Part shown: piece after piece, positions 15,712-27,148 of the stretch | How positions within the stretch are numbered: position 1 is the stretch's first letter | Layout of the letters: the number at the start of each line of letters is the position of its first letter | DNA from: Candidatus Zixiibacteriota bacterium | Lineage (GTDB): Bacteria; RBG-13-66-14; B26-G2; WVWN01 | Length of the DNA stretch: 64,000 nucleotides | NCBI GenBank assembly: GCA_050117845.1 | Contig: JASFLY010000005.1 | Location: 69,512-133,511 of the forward strand | Direction of reading: 5' to 3' | Notes under the pieces: model-generated | Seen by the model: only the letters and a program-made list of their open reading frames with translations | What the model was told of the DNA's origin: nothing | Databases searched by the model: none | Program-made: the position numbers and the translations under genes

Positions 15712-16953
15712 CTACCTCGTATTGCGGAGGCGCGGGAACCGCCACGCCACGAGAGCGCCCCAGACGAGCGACGCCCCCGCGCCGATAAGGAGCGCCGCGT
15801 GGACGTCGACGTAGCGGGCGACGTACCCGGCCTGCAAAGAGCCCAGCCGCATGGAACTCATGAACACGAGGAAGTAAATGCTCATAATCCGGCCGCGGAA
15901 GCGGTCCGCCACGTTGACCTGGATCAGCGTGTTGGCGAGGGAGTTCTGCATGACGAAACAAAAACCCGCCGCGACCAGTAGGGCCGCCGCCAGCCAGAAG
16001 GCCCGCACGAACGCGAACGAGAAGACGATGCCGGCGAAGGCGACGTTGGCGACGGTCAATATCAGGCCGCGCCGACTGCGGTTCCCCAGGCTCGCGACCA
16101 CCAGAGCCCCCGCCAGCGCGCCCAGCCCCGCGCAGGTCATCAGGAAACCGTAGATGTCCGCGCCGCCGCCGAAGACCTCCCGGGCGTAGACCGGCATCAG
16201 GACGGAGTAGGGCATGACGAAAAAGGCCGACACGCCGACTATCGAGATGATGACCCAGACCAGCGTGTTTTTCCCGGCGTACTTGATGCCGCGGGCGATC
16301 TGGCGGCCCGGCGAGCTGTTGATCTTGCGGCGCACCGACGACGTGCTCATTATCAGAAGCGCGCCGATGACCGGGAGGAAGGAGACGGCGTTGATGGAGA
16401 ACGCGAGCCCCTCGCCGAGCGCGGCGACCAGGATGCCGGCGACGGCGGGGCCGGCGCTGCGGGCGATGTTGAATATGGTGGAATTGAGCGCGATGGCGTT
16501 GGTCAGGTCTTCCTTGCCGACGAGTTCGATGACGTAGGACTGCCGGGAAGGCATGTCGAGGGCCTGGGCCAGTCCCGCGACGAGCGCGAGTACCATGACG
16601 TGCCAGACCTGTATCTGGCCGGTGAGGGTGAGGACGGCGAGGACGGCGGCCTGGACGAAGAGCGTCGTCTGGGCGATGAGGACGATGCGCCGTTTGTCGA
16701 AACGGTCGGCCAGCGAGCCGGCCCACAGGCTCATCGGCAACGACGGGACCAGGCTCACGAAGTTGACGAGTCCCAGCATCGCCGGCGACCCCGTCAGGCG
16801 GTAGACCAGCCAGTTCTGCGCGACCAGTTGAACCCAGGTCCCGGTGAGGGATACCATCTGGCTGAACCACCACAGCCGGTAGTCGCGGTGGCGCAGGGCC
16901 CGGAACGTTCTGAGAACGCCGGGGCCGCCTTTTTTCGCTTGGCTATCCGACAT
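15712..16953 (-). CDS. MFS transporter (DUF894/EntS-like)
   Basis: 'FRALRHRDYRL', 'GSLADRFDKRR', 'LTNAIALNS', 12 predicted TM segments. Confidence 0.9.
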   Translation of the reverse strand: MSDSQAKKGGPGVLRTFRALRHRDYRLWWFSQMVSLTGTWVQLVAQNWLVYRLTGSPAMLGLVNFVSLVPSLPMSLWAGSLADRFDKRRIVLIAQTTLFVQAAVLAVLTLTGQIQVWHVMVLALVAGLAQALDMPSRQSYVIELVGKEDLTNAIALNSTIFNIARSAGPAVAGILVAALGEGLAFSINAVSFLPVIGALLIMSTSSVRRKINSSPGRQIARGIKYAGKNTLVWVIISIVGVSAFFVMPYSVLMPVYAREVFGGGADIYGFLMTCAGLGALAGALVVASLGNRSRRGLILTVANVAFAGIVFSFAFVRAFWLAAALLVAAGFCFVMQNSLANTLIQVNVADRFRGRIMSIYFLVFMSSMRLGSLQAGYVARYVDVHAALLIGAGASLVWGALVAWRFPRLRNTR

Positions 16954-17098
16954 GTTTAAGGGGGATTACCGTGCCTCGGCGCGGCCGTGGCGGCTTACCT
17001 GACATATTAGATATATTATACGAAACGGCGGGCCGGTGCAAGGGGTGCAAGATTGATATTCCTTGCCGGCCCGGCCGGCCGGGCGTATAATAACACAT

Positions 17099-18418
17099 AT
17101 GGTAGAGGGCGCACCGGTTAACCGGCGGATATGGCGGCGCCGGTTGATATTTATTATCGTCGTCGTGGCGGCGGCGGCCGGGTCCTACTTTTGGGGCCGG
17201 CACGTCGAGCCGGCGCCCGTCGAACTCGACGCCGCCCGCGTGGCCCTTCTCACCGGCGCGACCGAGCGGCCCGAGCGCCTCGGCGGAGCCGAGCCGTACT
17301 GGCGGATCCGGCGGGGGGACGAAACGCTGTACGCCGCCGAAAGCTCTCTCCTCGCCCCGGAGGTGGTCGGCTACGGCGGCCCCTTCGACCTCCTGGTCGT
17401 CGTCGACGAGGCGGGGGACTACGAGCGCGTCGTCGTCGTGCGCCACAACGAGACGCCCTCCTACGTGGAGGACTTGGCGGCCTTCCTCGCGTCCTTCGTC
17501 GGCCTGTCGCCGGCGGAGCCGCTCGAGCCGGGCCGGGACGTGGACGTTATTACCCGGGCCACGGTGACGAGCGACGCCTTCGCGGCGGCGACCCGCGTCA
17601 CCGGCCGGGAAATCCTCCGCCGGGCCCACGGCCGGAAAGTGGCGACGGAGGGGGAAGGCGGCGGGGCGTGGGACTGGCCCTGGGCGCTCGCGGCCGCGGC
17701 CTTCCTGGCGGCGGCGGTGTGGCTTAGCCGCCATCCCCGCGAGCCCCTTCGGATCGTCGTGGCGCTGGTCGCGGTCGGCGGGCTGGGGTTCTGGGCGGGA
17801 CGGTTTATCTCCGTTAGCGACATGGGCCGCCTGGTCCTCTGGGATTTTCCGCCCTTCGCGCCCCGCCTCTCGCTATACGTGCTCCTGGGCGGCGCGGCCC
17901 TGACGGCGCTTTTGTGGGGCAACGTGTACTGCGGCTGGGTGTGCCCGTTCGGCGCGCTGGCCGAGTTATTGTATAAAATCCCGGTTAAGAAATTGCGCGT
18001 GCCGGCGGCCTTCGCCCGGCGATTGAGCGGCGTCCGTTTTATTCTAATGTGCGTCGTCGTGGCGGCGATAATCGCGAGCCGCGAACTGGGCGCCGCGGCG
18101 TACGAACCCTTCGACGACCTCTTCGCCTACGGCGCCGCGGGCGTGTCGCTCGTATTCCTTGTCGCCGTGCTGGCGTCGTCGCTCTTTCACTACCGGTTCT
18201 TCTGCCGCTACCTCTGCGCCGCCGGGGCCGTGCTGGGCGAGGTGGCCGCCGTGGGCCGGGCGGGGGCCGTTCCCGCGTGCGGGGAGAGCGACGAATGCCG
18301 GGCGGCCTGTCCCACCGGCGCGCTGATATCCCGGCGGGGCGACGTAGCCCGGGAGCTGTGTGTCGAGTGCGGCCGCTGTCGCGTCGCCCGCGGCCGGGCG
18401 GCCCCCGAAAAGGAATAA
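17099..18418 (+). CDS. FMN-binding / 4Fe-4S membrane protein (NosR/NirI/RdhC-like)
   Basis: 'VVGYGGP', 'HNETPSY', flavinylation-like 'DVITRATVTS', CGWVCP, CRYLC, C-terminal ferredoxin Cys motifs. Confidence 0.85.
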   Translation: MVEGAPVNRRIWRRRLIFIIVVVAAAAGSYFWGRHVEPAPVELDAARVALLTGATERPERLGGAEPYWRIRRGDETLYAAESSLLAPEVVGYGGPFDLLVVVDEAGDYERVVVVRHNETPSYVEDLAAFLASFVGLSPAEPLEPGRDVDVITRATVTSDAFAAATRVTGREILRRAHGRKVATEGEGGGAWDWPWALAAAAFLAAAVWLSRHPREPLRIVVALVAVGGLGFWAGRFISVSDMGRLVLWDFPPFAPRLSLYVLLGGAALTALLWGNVYCGWVCPFGALAELLYKIPVKKLRVPAAFARRLSGVRFILMCVVVAAIIASRELGAAAYEPFDDLFAYGAAGVSLVFLVAVLASSLFHYRFFCRYLCAAGAVLGEVAAVGRAGAVPACGESDECRAACPTGALISRRGDVARELCVECGRCRVARGRAAPEKE

Positions 18419-18478
18419 GATTTTTAATTTGTTGCCGGGGCCGGCCTATGGTATAAAGGCCCGTTTTAAATTTCTTAT

Positions 18479-20773
18479 ATGAAGAAACGTCGACTGATAA
18501 TATTCGTGGCCGTACTGGCCCTGGTCGCGCTGGGCTCGCTCTACTACGCCGCGGTGGCTCCCGCCGTCGTCGGCAAGGACCGCGTGGCCGAAGCCTTCGC
18601 CGCCGCGCTCAAGGACGGCCCGGGGATGGAGGTCCGCTATACGGCGGCCTCGTTCAAACTCTTCCCCCGGCCCGCGGTCGCGCTCACCGGGGCGGCGTTC
18701 TTCAACCGCTCCGGCAAGGAAGTGATCCGCGCCGACGAGGTGAAGCTGGGCCTGTCGTATCTCGGCTTCGTGGCCCTCAAGCCGTCGCTGGCCACGGTCG
18801 AACTGGTGCGGATGCGGGCCGACCTGGCGCCGGGGGACGTGTCCTTCGGCGAGGCGGGGGCCGCGGAACCTTTCCGGGGAACGGTCCTTTTCAAGGAGGG
18901 CTTCGTCCGTTACGTCGGCTCGAGCCGGACGGTTCTGTTGGACGGCCTGAGCGGCCGCGTTCGCTGTAAGGTCGCGTGGGGAGAGGAACTCGAGCTCCGC
19001 GGCAAACTCAACGCCGATAAACTCAAACTGGCGGCCGCGGAAGGCGAAGCGGCCGGCGGCATGGCCATCGCGGCCGAGGGTAGCCTCCGTTTCGTGCCCG
19101 AGGCGCCGGGAGGCCGCGTCTTCTTCGACGAACTCGACTTCCTCTTCGGCAAGGCCCGGCTCAGCGTCGCCGGCGAGGTCCAGACGGGCCCGGGCGAAAA
19201 GGACGTCGACCTCACGCTGCACGGCAAGAAGATGGCGCTGGCTCAGGTACTGCCGGCCCTCGCGCCGCGCTTCGGCGAGGCCGACCTCAAGGGCGAGATA
19301 GACCTCGACCTCACCGTCAAGGGGAAATGGGGCGAGGGCGTCCGGCCCGAGGTCCGCGGCGAGCTGGAGGTCAAGAAGGCCGCGCTCGAGCCGGACGACG
19401 GCGAGGGCGTTACGAATTGCGCCGTGAAGGTCCGCTTCGAGGGCGAGAAGTACGTCGTCGAGAGCTTCCACGGCCAGACCAAGAAGGGCGGCTTCAAAGG
19501 ATACGGGACCGTCCGGCCCGAGGCCAGTTGGCCCTTCCAGCTCAAGATAGAGGGGGCGATGCCGCTCGAGGTGGCGGCCATCGTGCTCGGCGTCCCCGAG
19601 GCCTATATGATGGAGGGTACCACGCAGCTCGACCTCGACGTGGACGGCGAACTCTCGGCGGCGGGCCGCACGTCCGTCGACGGGACCGTGGAACTCGTCG
19701 GCTGCCAGGTTCGAGTCAAACCCTTCGTCGCGCCGTTCAAGGATCTGAACGGGACGGCCTACTGCGACGGCTATAAAATAAAGGCCGGTAAGATCAAGGG
19801 GACGCTCGCCGGCGGCTCCTTCGAGATAGGCGGAAGCTGGCAGGGCTTCGAGACGCCGCGGCTCGACTTCGTCGTCGTGGCCGACGACGTCAACCTCGAC
19901 GCCGCGCTGCCGCCGCGGGACGGCAAGGGCCACTCCTCCGGCGGCGCCGGGCCGCTGGGCCTCCCGGGCAAGGACGTGACCGCCAAGGGCCGCGTAAAAA
20001 TTAAAAAGTGCCGGGTGCTGACGGTCGATACGCGGAAACTCGACGCCGACTTCGATTACACCGCCGGCATCCTGAGCATAAGCAAGCTCGACTTCTCGGC
20101 GTACGACGGCAAAGTCAAATCGCAGATGACCGTGTACCTCAAGGGCCGGCCCAAGTACACCTGCTCGGCCTCGGTGCGCGACGCGCGGCTCGGCCTATAC
20201 CTCACCGAAAATAAGTATCTGGAGAACGTCGTGACGGGCCGCTTCTCCGCCGACGTGACGTTCTCGGCGGAGGGGACGACCTACGACGAAATAAAGACCA
20301 ACTTCGGCGGGAAGGGTTCGGTCGAACTCGAGGGGGGCCGCGTGGCCGAGCTGCCGCTGCTCGCCGAACTCGCGAAATGGTCCCGCATCGACCTCTTCGA
20401 TCCGCTCCAGGTGTCCGAACTCTGGGCGCTGTGCGACGCCCGGGACGGCGTCATCCGCACGTCCGACCTGCGCATCGAGAACTCGGATATGCTGATAGAG
20501 GCGGCCGGCGAGGTTACGCTCGGCAAGCAAGTGAACTTCACGGTTCGGACGACTTTCGAGAAGAAAGCGGCCGATAGGCTGGCGCGGGAGGGCAAGGCCC
20601 TCGCGCTGGTCCGGGACGAGGACGGCAAGGCCCACTTCAACTTCGTCGTCGCCGGGGAGGCCTCTAAACCCGCCTTCCAGCTCGATGCCGGTTCGATGCT
20701 CGGCGCCGCGGGCGAGGTTCCGGGCGAGGGCGAAGAGGAAGAGGAGTCGGGCGATATAGGCGACCTGTTCTGA
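18479..20773 (+). CDS. AsmA-family protein
   Basis: N-terminal TM anchor, beta-taco repeats, C-terminal 'FVVAGEASKP'. Confidence 0.8.
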   Translation: MKKRRLIIFVAVLALVALGSLYYAAVAPAVVGKDRVAEAFAAALKDGPGMEVRYTAASFKLFPRPAVALTGAAFFNRSGKEVIRADEVKLGLSYLGFVALKPSLATVELVRMRADLAPGDVSFGEAGAAEPFRGTVLFKEGFVRYVGSSRTVLLDGLSGRVRCKVAWGEELELRGKLNADKLKLAAAEGEAAGGMAIAAEGSLRFVPEAPGGRVFFDELDFLFGKARLSVAGEVQTGPGEKDVDLTLHGKKMALAQVLPALAPRFGEADLKGEIDLDLTVKGKWGEGVRPEVRGELEVKKAALEPDDGEGVTNCAVKVRFEGEKYVVESFHGQTKKGGFKGYGTVRPEASWPFQLKIEGAMPLEVAAIVLGVPEAYMMEGTTQLDLDVDGELSAAGRTSVDGTVELVGCQVRVKPFVAPFKDLNGTAYCDGYKIKAGKIKGTLAGGSFEIGGSWQGFETPRLDFVVVADDVNLDAALPPRDGKGHSSGGAGPLGLPGKDVTAKGRVKIKKCRVLTVDTRKLDADFDYTAGILSISKLDFSAYDGKVKSQMTVYLKGRPKYTCSASVRDARLGLYLTENKYLENVVTGRFSADVTFSAEGTTYDEIKTNFGGKGSVELEGGRVAELPLLAELAKWSRIDLFDPLQVSELWALCDARDGVIRTSDLRIENSDMLIEAAGEVTLGKQVNFTVRTTFEKKAADRLAREGKALALVRDEDGKAHFNFVVAGEASKPAFQLDAGSMLGAAGEVPGEGEEEEESGDIGDLF

Positions 20774-20790
20774 GGTCGAGGAGGTAGCAC

Positions 20791-21144
20791 TTGAAGCTGT
20801 TAATCGTAACTTATCGGGATCCCTACGACGGTTCGGACGTGGTGTGGAACGCGTTGCGCGTGGCCGCGTTCCAGCAGGACCTGGGCGACGCCGTCAACGT
20901 TTTTCTGATGTCCGACGGCGTAAGGCTGGTCCACAAGGACACCCCCCAGCCGGCCGACCCGCCGTACGACGTGGACGCGGAGTTCGCGGCGGCCGTGACG
21001 GCGGGCGTTACGTTCAAGACCTGCGGGACCTGTTTGAAGAACCGGAAGCTCCCGCCCGACGGCGTGCCCGCGCAGGCGCCGCCGGCGACGCTCAAGGACC
21101 TGTCCGACTGGATCCACGACGCCGATAAGGTGTTGACGTTTTAA
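20791..21144 (+). CDS. DsrE/YchN family protein
   Basis: 'VWNALRVA', 'VFLMSDGV', CGTC, 'ADKVLTF'. Confidence 0.9.
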   Translation: MKLLIVTYRDPYDGSDVVWNALRVAAFQQDLGDAVNVFLMSDGVRLVHKDTPQPADPPYDVDAEFAAAVTAGVTFKTCGTCLKNRKLPPDGVPAQAPPATLKDLSDWIHDADKVLTF

Positions 21145-21158
21145 CGCGAAGGACTGAT

Positions 21159-21832
<674 letters not shown>

Positions 21833-21836
<4 letters not shown>

Positions 21837-22696
21837 AACACCTCGGGTTCTATATAAAGGAAGCGCTGAAGAACATAGGCCGGGGCGGCATCCTGACCGC
21901 GGCGGCCGTTCTCGCCATTACCTTCGCCGGCCTCATCGCCGGGATCTTCGCGACGGGCTACTTCAACCTCCGGGCCATATACGAGGACGTCAAGAGCGAG
22001 CTCTACGTCGACGTATACCTGCGGGACGAGGTGGAAGAGGGCCGGGCCGCCGCCATCGGCGACCACCTGAGCAAACTGCCGGGCGTCGTGCGCGCCGACT
22101 TCGTGTCGCGGGAGGAAGCCGCGGAAGAATTCGTGGGGCTGTTCCCGGAGGACCAGGCGCTTCTGGACGTGCTGTCCGATAACCCCCTGCCGGCCTCGTA
22201 CCGCGTTTACCTTACCGCGGAGGCGGGCAAACCCGCCGAGGTCGAAAAACTGGTGGCCGAGATAGCGGCGATAGACGGCGTCGAGGACGCGGTTTACGGC
22301 CAGGAGTGGTTGGAGAATCTGGAACGGGCCGCCAGCGTCGTGGGGATGGCGGGCGGCGTGGTCGGCGGCGTTTTGGGGGCCGCGGCCATACTCGTGGTAA
22401 TCAGCACCATCGGCCTCGCGGTCTACGCCCGCCGCGAGACCATCGGCATCATGAAAGTCGTGGGCGCCACCGACGGTTTCGTGCGGGCGCCTTTCGTGGT
22501 GGAGGGGTTCATTATCGGGGCCGTCGGGGGCCTTATCGCCCTGGGCGCGCTGTACGGCGGCGTTGCGTTCCTGCGCTCGTACGACGTCGCGGTCGAGTTC
22601 ATCCCGCCTACTTACGTAGCCGCCGGTCTGGGGCTTTCGGCATTGGCCGGGGCGTTCGGCTCCAGCGTCGCCGTGCGGCGTTTCCTAAAAGTTTAA
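21833..22696 (+). CDS. ftsX: Cell-division permease FtsX
   Basis: 'NPLPAS', 'IMKVVGATDGFVRAPFVVEG'; follows ftsE. Confidence 0.92.
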
Positions 22697-22792
22697 TCTT
22701 ACCGGTTTACCACGTTGGCGCGGCTGCAACTTTACTGCCGCTCGTTGCGTATTAACGTTAAACCGGTTTTTACATATAAGGAGAGGAAGCGG

Positions 22793-24916
22793 ATGAAAAA
22801 GGTAGTGGTGACGATTGGGGCGGCCTCTTTTCTGGCCGCCATTACCGTGTCGGCGGCGGCGCCGGCCAGCGAGGGCGTAACGCACGCCGTTCGCGTGGAG
22901 ACGCCGCCCGTTATCGACGGCGTTCTGGAAGATATGTGGTTCGAAGCCGAACCGGCTTCGGCCTTCCGGCAGTACCGGCCGGCGGTCGGGGAGGCCGCGT
23001 TTCAGGACACCGAGGTATATGTTCTCTACGACGACAAGGCGTTGTACTTCGCCTTCGTGTGCTACGAAGATAATATCCCCGGCCTTACGGCCAGCGCGAC
23101 GGTCCGCGACATGTACATGAACGAAGACGACGCCGTGAACGTGATGCTGGACGCCAACAACGACCGCCAGTCGGCTTACGATTTCATCGTCAACTGGCGG
23201 GGCGTACGTTACGACGGGTCCATCGCCAAGGACGGGTGGGTAGGCGGCTCGGCGTGGGACGGATACTGGGAAGCGGCGGCCACGGTGGGGGAGGACGCCT
23301 GGTACTGCGAGATGGCGCTGCCGTGGTCCGCTATTCACTACGACCGCAACGCCGGCCACTTCGGCATACAGTTCCTGCGTTTCCGGCAGGCGACTTACGA
23401 GAATACTTTCTGGGCGAGCGACGGCCAGTTCCTGAACCGCGTTTCTACTTTCGGCCGGTTGGAAGGATTAGAGAACCTGCCCCGGCCGAAAGCCTTCGAG
23501 TTTACGCCGTACGTTACGGGCCGGGCCGAGGACCGATACGACACTCCCGCCTACGGCCTTGAGCCCTCGGACGGTTGGGAGTTCGAGCCGCGCTACGGCC
23601 TGGACGCCCGGTACCGCATCGGTTCGACGGCGTGCGTGTTGGCCACCGTCCTGCCGGATTACGCGTACATCGAGGCCGACCCCGCCCAGATCAACCTCTC
23701 GCCTTCCGAACTTTACCTCGACGAGAAGCGGCCTTTTTTTACGGAGGGGTACGAGCTGTTCGACACCCCCGGCAATTTCCTGTATACCCGCCGCCTTACG
23801 GAGATAGCCGGCGGCTTGAAGGTAAAGGGGCAGGCGGGGCCCGTAGCTTTCGGCGCGCTGGACGTGCTTATGCGGGACGACGACCTGCGTTTTCCGGAGG
23901 ATAACGTCGGCGCCCTTCGAGCCCGTTACGACTTCGAGAGCGGCTCGTCGGTGGGCCTGATGGGCGTAGGACGCCGGGAGCGGGGCGACGACGTCCCGGC
24001 CGGCGAGGGCACGGGCGAGGACCGGGCCCTCTACAACAACGTCGGCCTGGTGGACGGCTCCATCGTATTGCCGGCGCGGTTCACGCTGGCGTACGAGGGC
24101 GCGGCCTCGGCCACCGCGGGCGAGGGCGGCGACGATTTCGCCTACACGCTCGATCTGAGCCATTACAGCCTGACCGGGAACGGCGGGATTTGGTTCAACG
24201 ATAACGGCGAGGATTTCCGGGCGGACACCAGTTTTCTTCAACCCGAGGAGCTGGGGCGTCGCCAGGGCGGCCTGTCCGGCAGTAAAGAGTTCCAGATTAA
24301 CCGCGGCGGCATCCGTTCCGTTACGCCGGATTTTTATTACGTGCACGACTGGGATTTGGAGCGGCGTACGGTCAGGCACTACTCTTCGGCGAACGTTAAG
24401 CTCATAAGGGAGGACGATTTTTACATTGACGTTTTTCACCGCGGAGGCAAGGACCTCCGTTACGTCGCGTCCGGATATCCGGCTTTCTATAACGATAAGT
24501 ACGGCGCCAGCCTGGGTCACCGGTTGGCGTCGTGGGGCAGTTTCGAATTCGCTTATTGGCGCGGGCCGTGGTACGGCGATTATTACCACGGTTATTACTT
24601 TACGGGGTATTACATACCGTTTCCGGCGTTCGTCCTGCGCGGCGACGTCGACGTCGCCAATCCGCGCGCGGGCGACCGTTCCGTCGCGGCCAACCTCAAG
24701 ACCACGCATAACTTGACAGACGAGTTGTTCTGGCGTATTATCCTCCAAGGGAATTCGGCCGCGCGTACCAGCTCCGGGAGCGTTCTGTGGGGCTGGGATT
24801 TCTTACCCGGAAGCACCGCGTACGTGGCGTACGAACAGCGTCGCGACTCGAACGGCCGGTTCCTGTTAGCGGAGCAAGTGGCGTTCGTTAAAATATCCTA
24901 TATGATATCGGTGTAA
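22793..24916 (+). CDS. CBM9-like + DUF5916 outer-membrane protein
   Basis: Signal peptide, 'PPVIDG', 'TEVYVLYD', 'PD...EAD...NL...EKRPFFTEG', terminal beta-strand 'KISY'. Confidence 0.8.
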   Translation: MKKVVVTIGAASFLAAITVSAAAPASEGVTHAVRVETPPVIDGVLEDMWFEAEPASAFRQYRPAVGEAAFQDTEVYVLYDDKALYFAFVCYEDNIPGLTASATVRDMYMNEDDAVNVMLDANNDRQSAYDFIVNWRGVRYDGSIAKDGWVGGSAWDGYWEAAATVGEDAWYCEMALPWSAIHYDRNAGHFGIQFLRFRQATYENTFWASDGQFLNRVSTFGRLEGLENLPRPKAFEFTPYVTGRAEDRYDTPAYGLEPSDGWEFEPRYGLDARYRIGSTACVLATVLPDYAYIEADPAQINLSPSELYLDEKRPFFTEGYELFDTPGNFLYTRRLTEIAGGLKVKGQAGPVAFGALDVLMRDDDLRFPEDNVGALRARYDFESGSSVGLMGVGRRERGDDVPAGEGTGEDRALYNNVGLVDGSIVLPARFTLAYEGAASATAGEGGDDFAYTLDLSHYSLTGNGGIWFNDNGEDFRADTSFLQPEELGRRQGGLSGSKEFQINRGGIRSVTPDFYYVHDWDLERRTVRHYSSANVKLIREDDFYIDVFHRGGKDLRYVASGYPAFYNDKYGASLGHRLASWGSFEFAYWRGPWYGDYYHGYYFTGYYIPFPAFVLRGDVDVANPRAGDRSVAANLKTTHNLTDELFWRIILQGNSAARTSSGSVLWGWDFLPGSTAYVAYEQRRDSNGRFLLAEQVAFVKISYMISV

Positions 24917-24942
24917 ACGAGTGGCCCACCGCGCCCGGCGAG

Positions 24943-24964
24943 AAACCCGCGCGTGCGGGTTTTT
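24943..24964 (+). terminator. Intrinsic terminator between the DUF5916 paralogs
   Basis: AAACCCGC-GCGT-GCGGGTTTTT. Confidence 0.65.
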
Positions 24965-24989
24965 CGTTTATATATTACCGGAGGCGGAT

Positions 24990-27095
24990 ATGAAGCGAAG
25001 GGTGCTTGGCTTAATAGTTTTGTTTATTATGGCCGGGGGCGCCGACGCGCAGGACGAAACCTGGTCGATGACGGCGGTACGGGTGGAGGCCCCCCCCGTT
25101 ATCGACGGCGTAATCGAGGACTTGTGGTACCGGGCCGAGCCGGCCCGGCTCGCCCGGCAGTTCCGCCCCGCCCGGGGCGCGCCCGCCAAGGCCGATACCG
25201 AAGTCTACGTCCTCTACGACGACCGGGCGATTTACTTCGGCTGGGTCTGCCACGAGCCGGACGTCTCGGGCCTCGTGGCCTGCGCCACCGTACGCGACAT
25301 GTTCCTGAACGACGACGATTCCATCGACGTCATGCTGGACGCCAACAACGACTACCAGTCGGCGTACGACTTCATGGTGAACTGGAAGGGGATCAAGTAC
25401 GATGGCTCGTTCGCCCGCGACAGCGAGGTGGGCGGCGGGGCCTGGGACGGCCACTGGGACGCCGCGACCTCCGTCGGCGAGGACGCGTGGTATTGCGAAA
25501 TCGCCGTCCCCTGGGAGACGATGCGCTACGACCGGGGAGCCTCCTCGCTCGGCGTGCAGTTCCTGCGTTTCCGTAAGCCGGAGTTCGAGGAGACCTTCTG
25601 GGCCAGCGACGGCAGTCTCTTGAACCGCGTCTCGAGCTTCGGCCGCCTCGAGGGCTTCGAGGACCTGCCCCGGCCCAAGCCCTTCGGCCTGACGCCGTAC
25701 GTGACGGCCCGCGGCGAGGAGGCATACGATTACTACGGGACGGGAGAGGAGGGGGACTGGGAGTTCAAGCCGCGCTACGGCGGCGATTTCTCGTTCCGGG
25801 CGGGGTCCGCCGTCACGGCGCTCGCGACGGTATTGCCGGATTACGCCTACATCGAGGCGGACCCGGCCGAAATCAACCTCAAACCCTCCGAGCTTTACCT
25901 TGACGAGAAGCGCCCCTTCTTCACCGACGGCTTCGAATTCTTCGACAACGATTTCCTGTATACCCGCCGGTTCACCGAAATAGCCGGCGGCGCGAAGGTG
26001 ACGGGGCGGGCGGGCGACTTCAACTACGGCGCCCTGGACGTTATAATGCTGGACGACGACCCCCGCTTCCCGGAGGATAATTTCGCCCTGGGGCGGGTCT
26101 CGTACGATTTCCCCGGCGGTTCGACGGTCGGCGTGACCGGGATGGGCCGCCGCGGCGTGGGCGCGGAAGTTCCCCCGACGGAACCTCATTACGGCGGCGA
26201 TTCCGCCCGCTACAACAACGTCGCCGTGTTCGACGGCCGGATCGTTTTCCCGAAACAGCTCTCGTTGGATTGGGGCGGTTATAAATCCTACACCGCGGGC
26301 GAGGGCGGCGACGGCTACGACTACTTCGTGAGTTTCGGCCGGTCGGGCGTGGCGCAATACATATCGACCTGGTACTACGAAATGAGCGAGGATTTCCAGG
26401 CCGATATGAGTTTTGCCCAACCCGAGAACCTGGGGACGCGCGGCGTGGGCCTGTACGGCCAAAATGAATTCCAGCTCAACCGCGCCGGCCTCCGGTCCTT
26501 CGTACCCTTCCTCTATTACGAGCACCACTGGACGATGGAGGGCGAGAGCGAGTACGACTACATTCAACCGACCTTGCGGTTGACGTCCGAAACGGGGTAT
26601 TTCGTACGTACGGAGTACCGCGGCGGCCGGGACTCACGGTATGTCCCCTTCGGATACCCGGACTTCCGCAGCGACGTCGTCGAGTTCGCCGCCGGCCACA
26701 CGCCGGCCTCCTGGGGACGGCTGACCCTCAGCTACTGGCGCGGGATGTGGTACGGCGAGTATTACCACTACTACGGGACCGAGTTCGACGCGATTCCCTT
26801 CCCGGCGCTCGTATTCACCGGCGATTTCGAAGTGGGGAATCCCCGGAGCGGCGACCGCTTCTTCGTGGGGAATCTGAAAACCACGCACAACCTTACGGAC
26901 GAACTCTTCTGGCGGGTCATCGTACAGGGTGATACCGACTCCCGGTTGAGTTCGGCCAGCGTGTTATGGGGGTGGGACTTCCGCCCGGGCAGTACGGCGT
27001 ACCTGGCCTACGAACAGCAGCGCGACTCGAACCTCAACTTCGTAATCGCGGAACAGGTCGCCTTCCTCAAGATTTCCTATATGCTCTCCTTTTAA
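24990..27095 (+). CDS. CBM9-like + DUF5916 outer-membrane protein (tandem paralog)
   Basis: Co-linear with the previous gene; RBS GGAGG; terminal Phe. Confidence 0.8.
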   Translation: MKRRVLGLIVLFIMAGGADAQDETWSMTAVRVEAPPVIDGVIEDLWYRAEPARLARQFRPARGAPAKADTEVYVLYDDRAIYFGWVCHEPDVSGLVACATVRDMFLNDDDSIDVMLDANNDYQSAYDFMVNWKGIKYDGSFARDSEVGGGAWDGHWDAATSVGEDAWYCEIAVPWETMRYDRGASSLGVQFLRFRKPEFEETFWASDGSLLNRVSSFGRLEGFEDLPRPKPFGLTPYVTARGEEAYDYYGTGEEGDWEFKPRYGGDFSFRAGSAVTALATVLPDYAYIEADPAEINLKPSELYLDEKRPFFTDGFEFFDNDFLYTRRFTEIAGGAKVTGRAGDFNYGALDVIMLDDDPRFPEDNFALGRVSYDFPGGSTVGVTGMGRRGVGAEVPPTEPHYGGDSARYNNVAVFDGRIVFPKQLSLDWGGYKSYTAGEGGDGYDYFVSFGRSGVAQYISTWYYEMSEDFQADMSFAQPENLGTRGVGLYGQNEFQLNRAGLRSFVPFLYYEHHWTMEGESEYDYIQPTLRLTSETGYFVRTEYRGGRDSRYVPFGYPDFRSDVVEFAAGHTPASWGRLTLSYWRGMWYGEYYHYYGTEFDAIPFPALVFTGDFEVGNPRSGDRFFVGNLKTTHNLTDELFWRVIVQGDTDSRLSSASVLWGWDFRPGSTAYLAYEQQRDSNLNFVIAEQVAFLKISYMLSF

Positions 27096-27123
27096 CGGAG
27101 GATTTCTTTTTTCCGGATAAGCG

Positions 27124-27148
27124 AACGGCCCGCTTTTCGCGGGCCGTT
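27124..27148. terminator. Hairpin between convergent genes
   Basis: AACGGCCCGC-TTTTC-GCGGGCCGTT. Confidence 0.65.
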
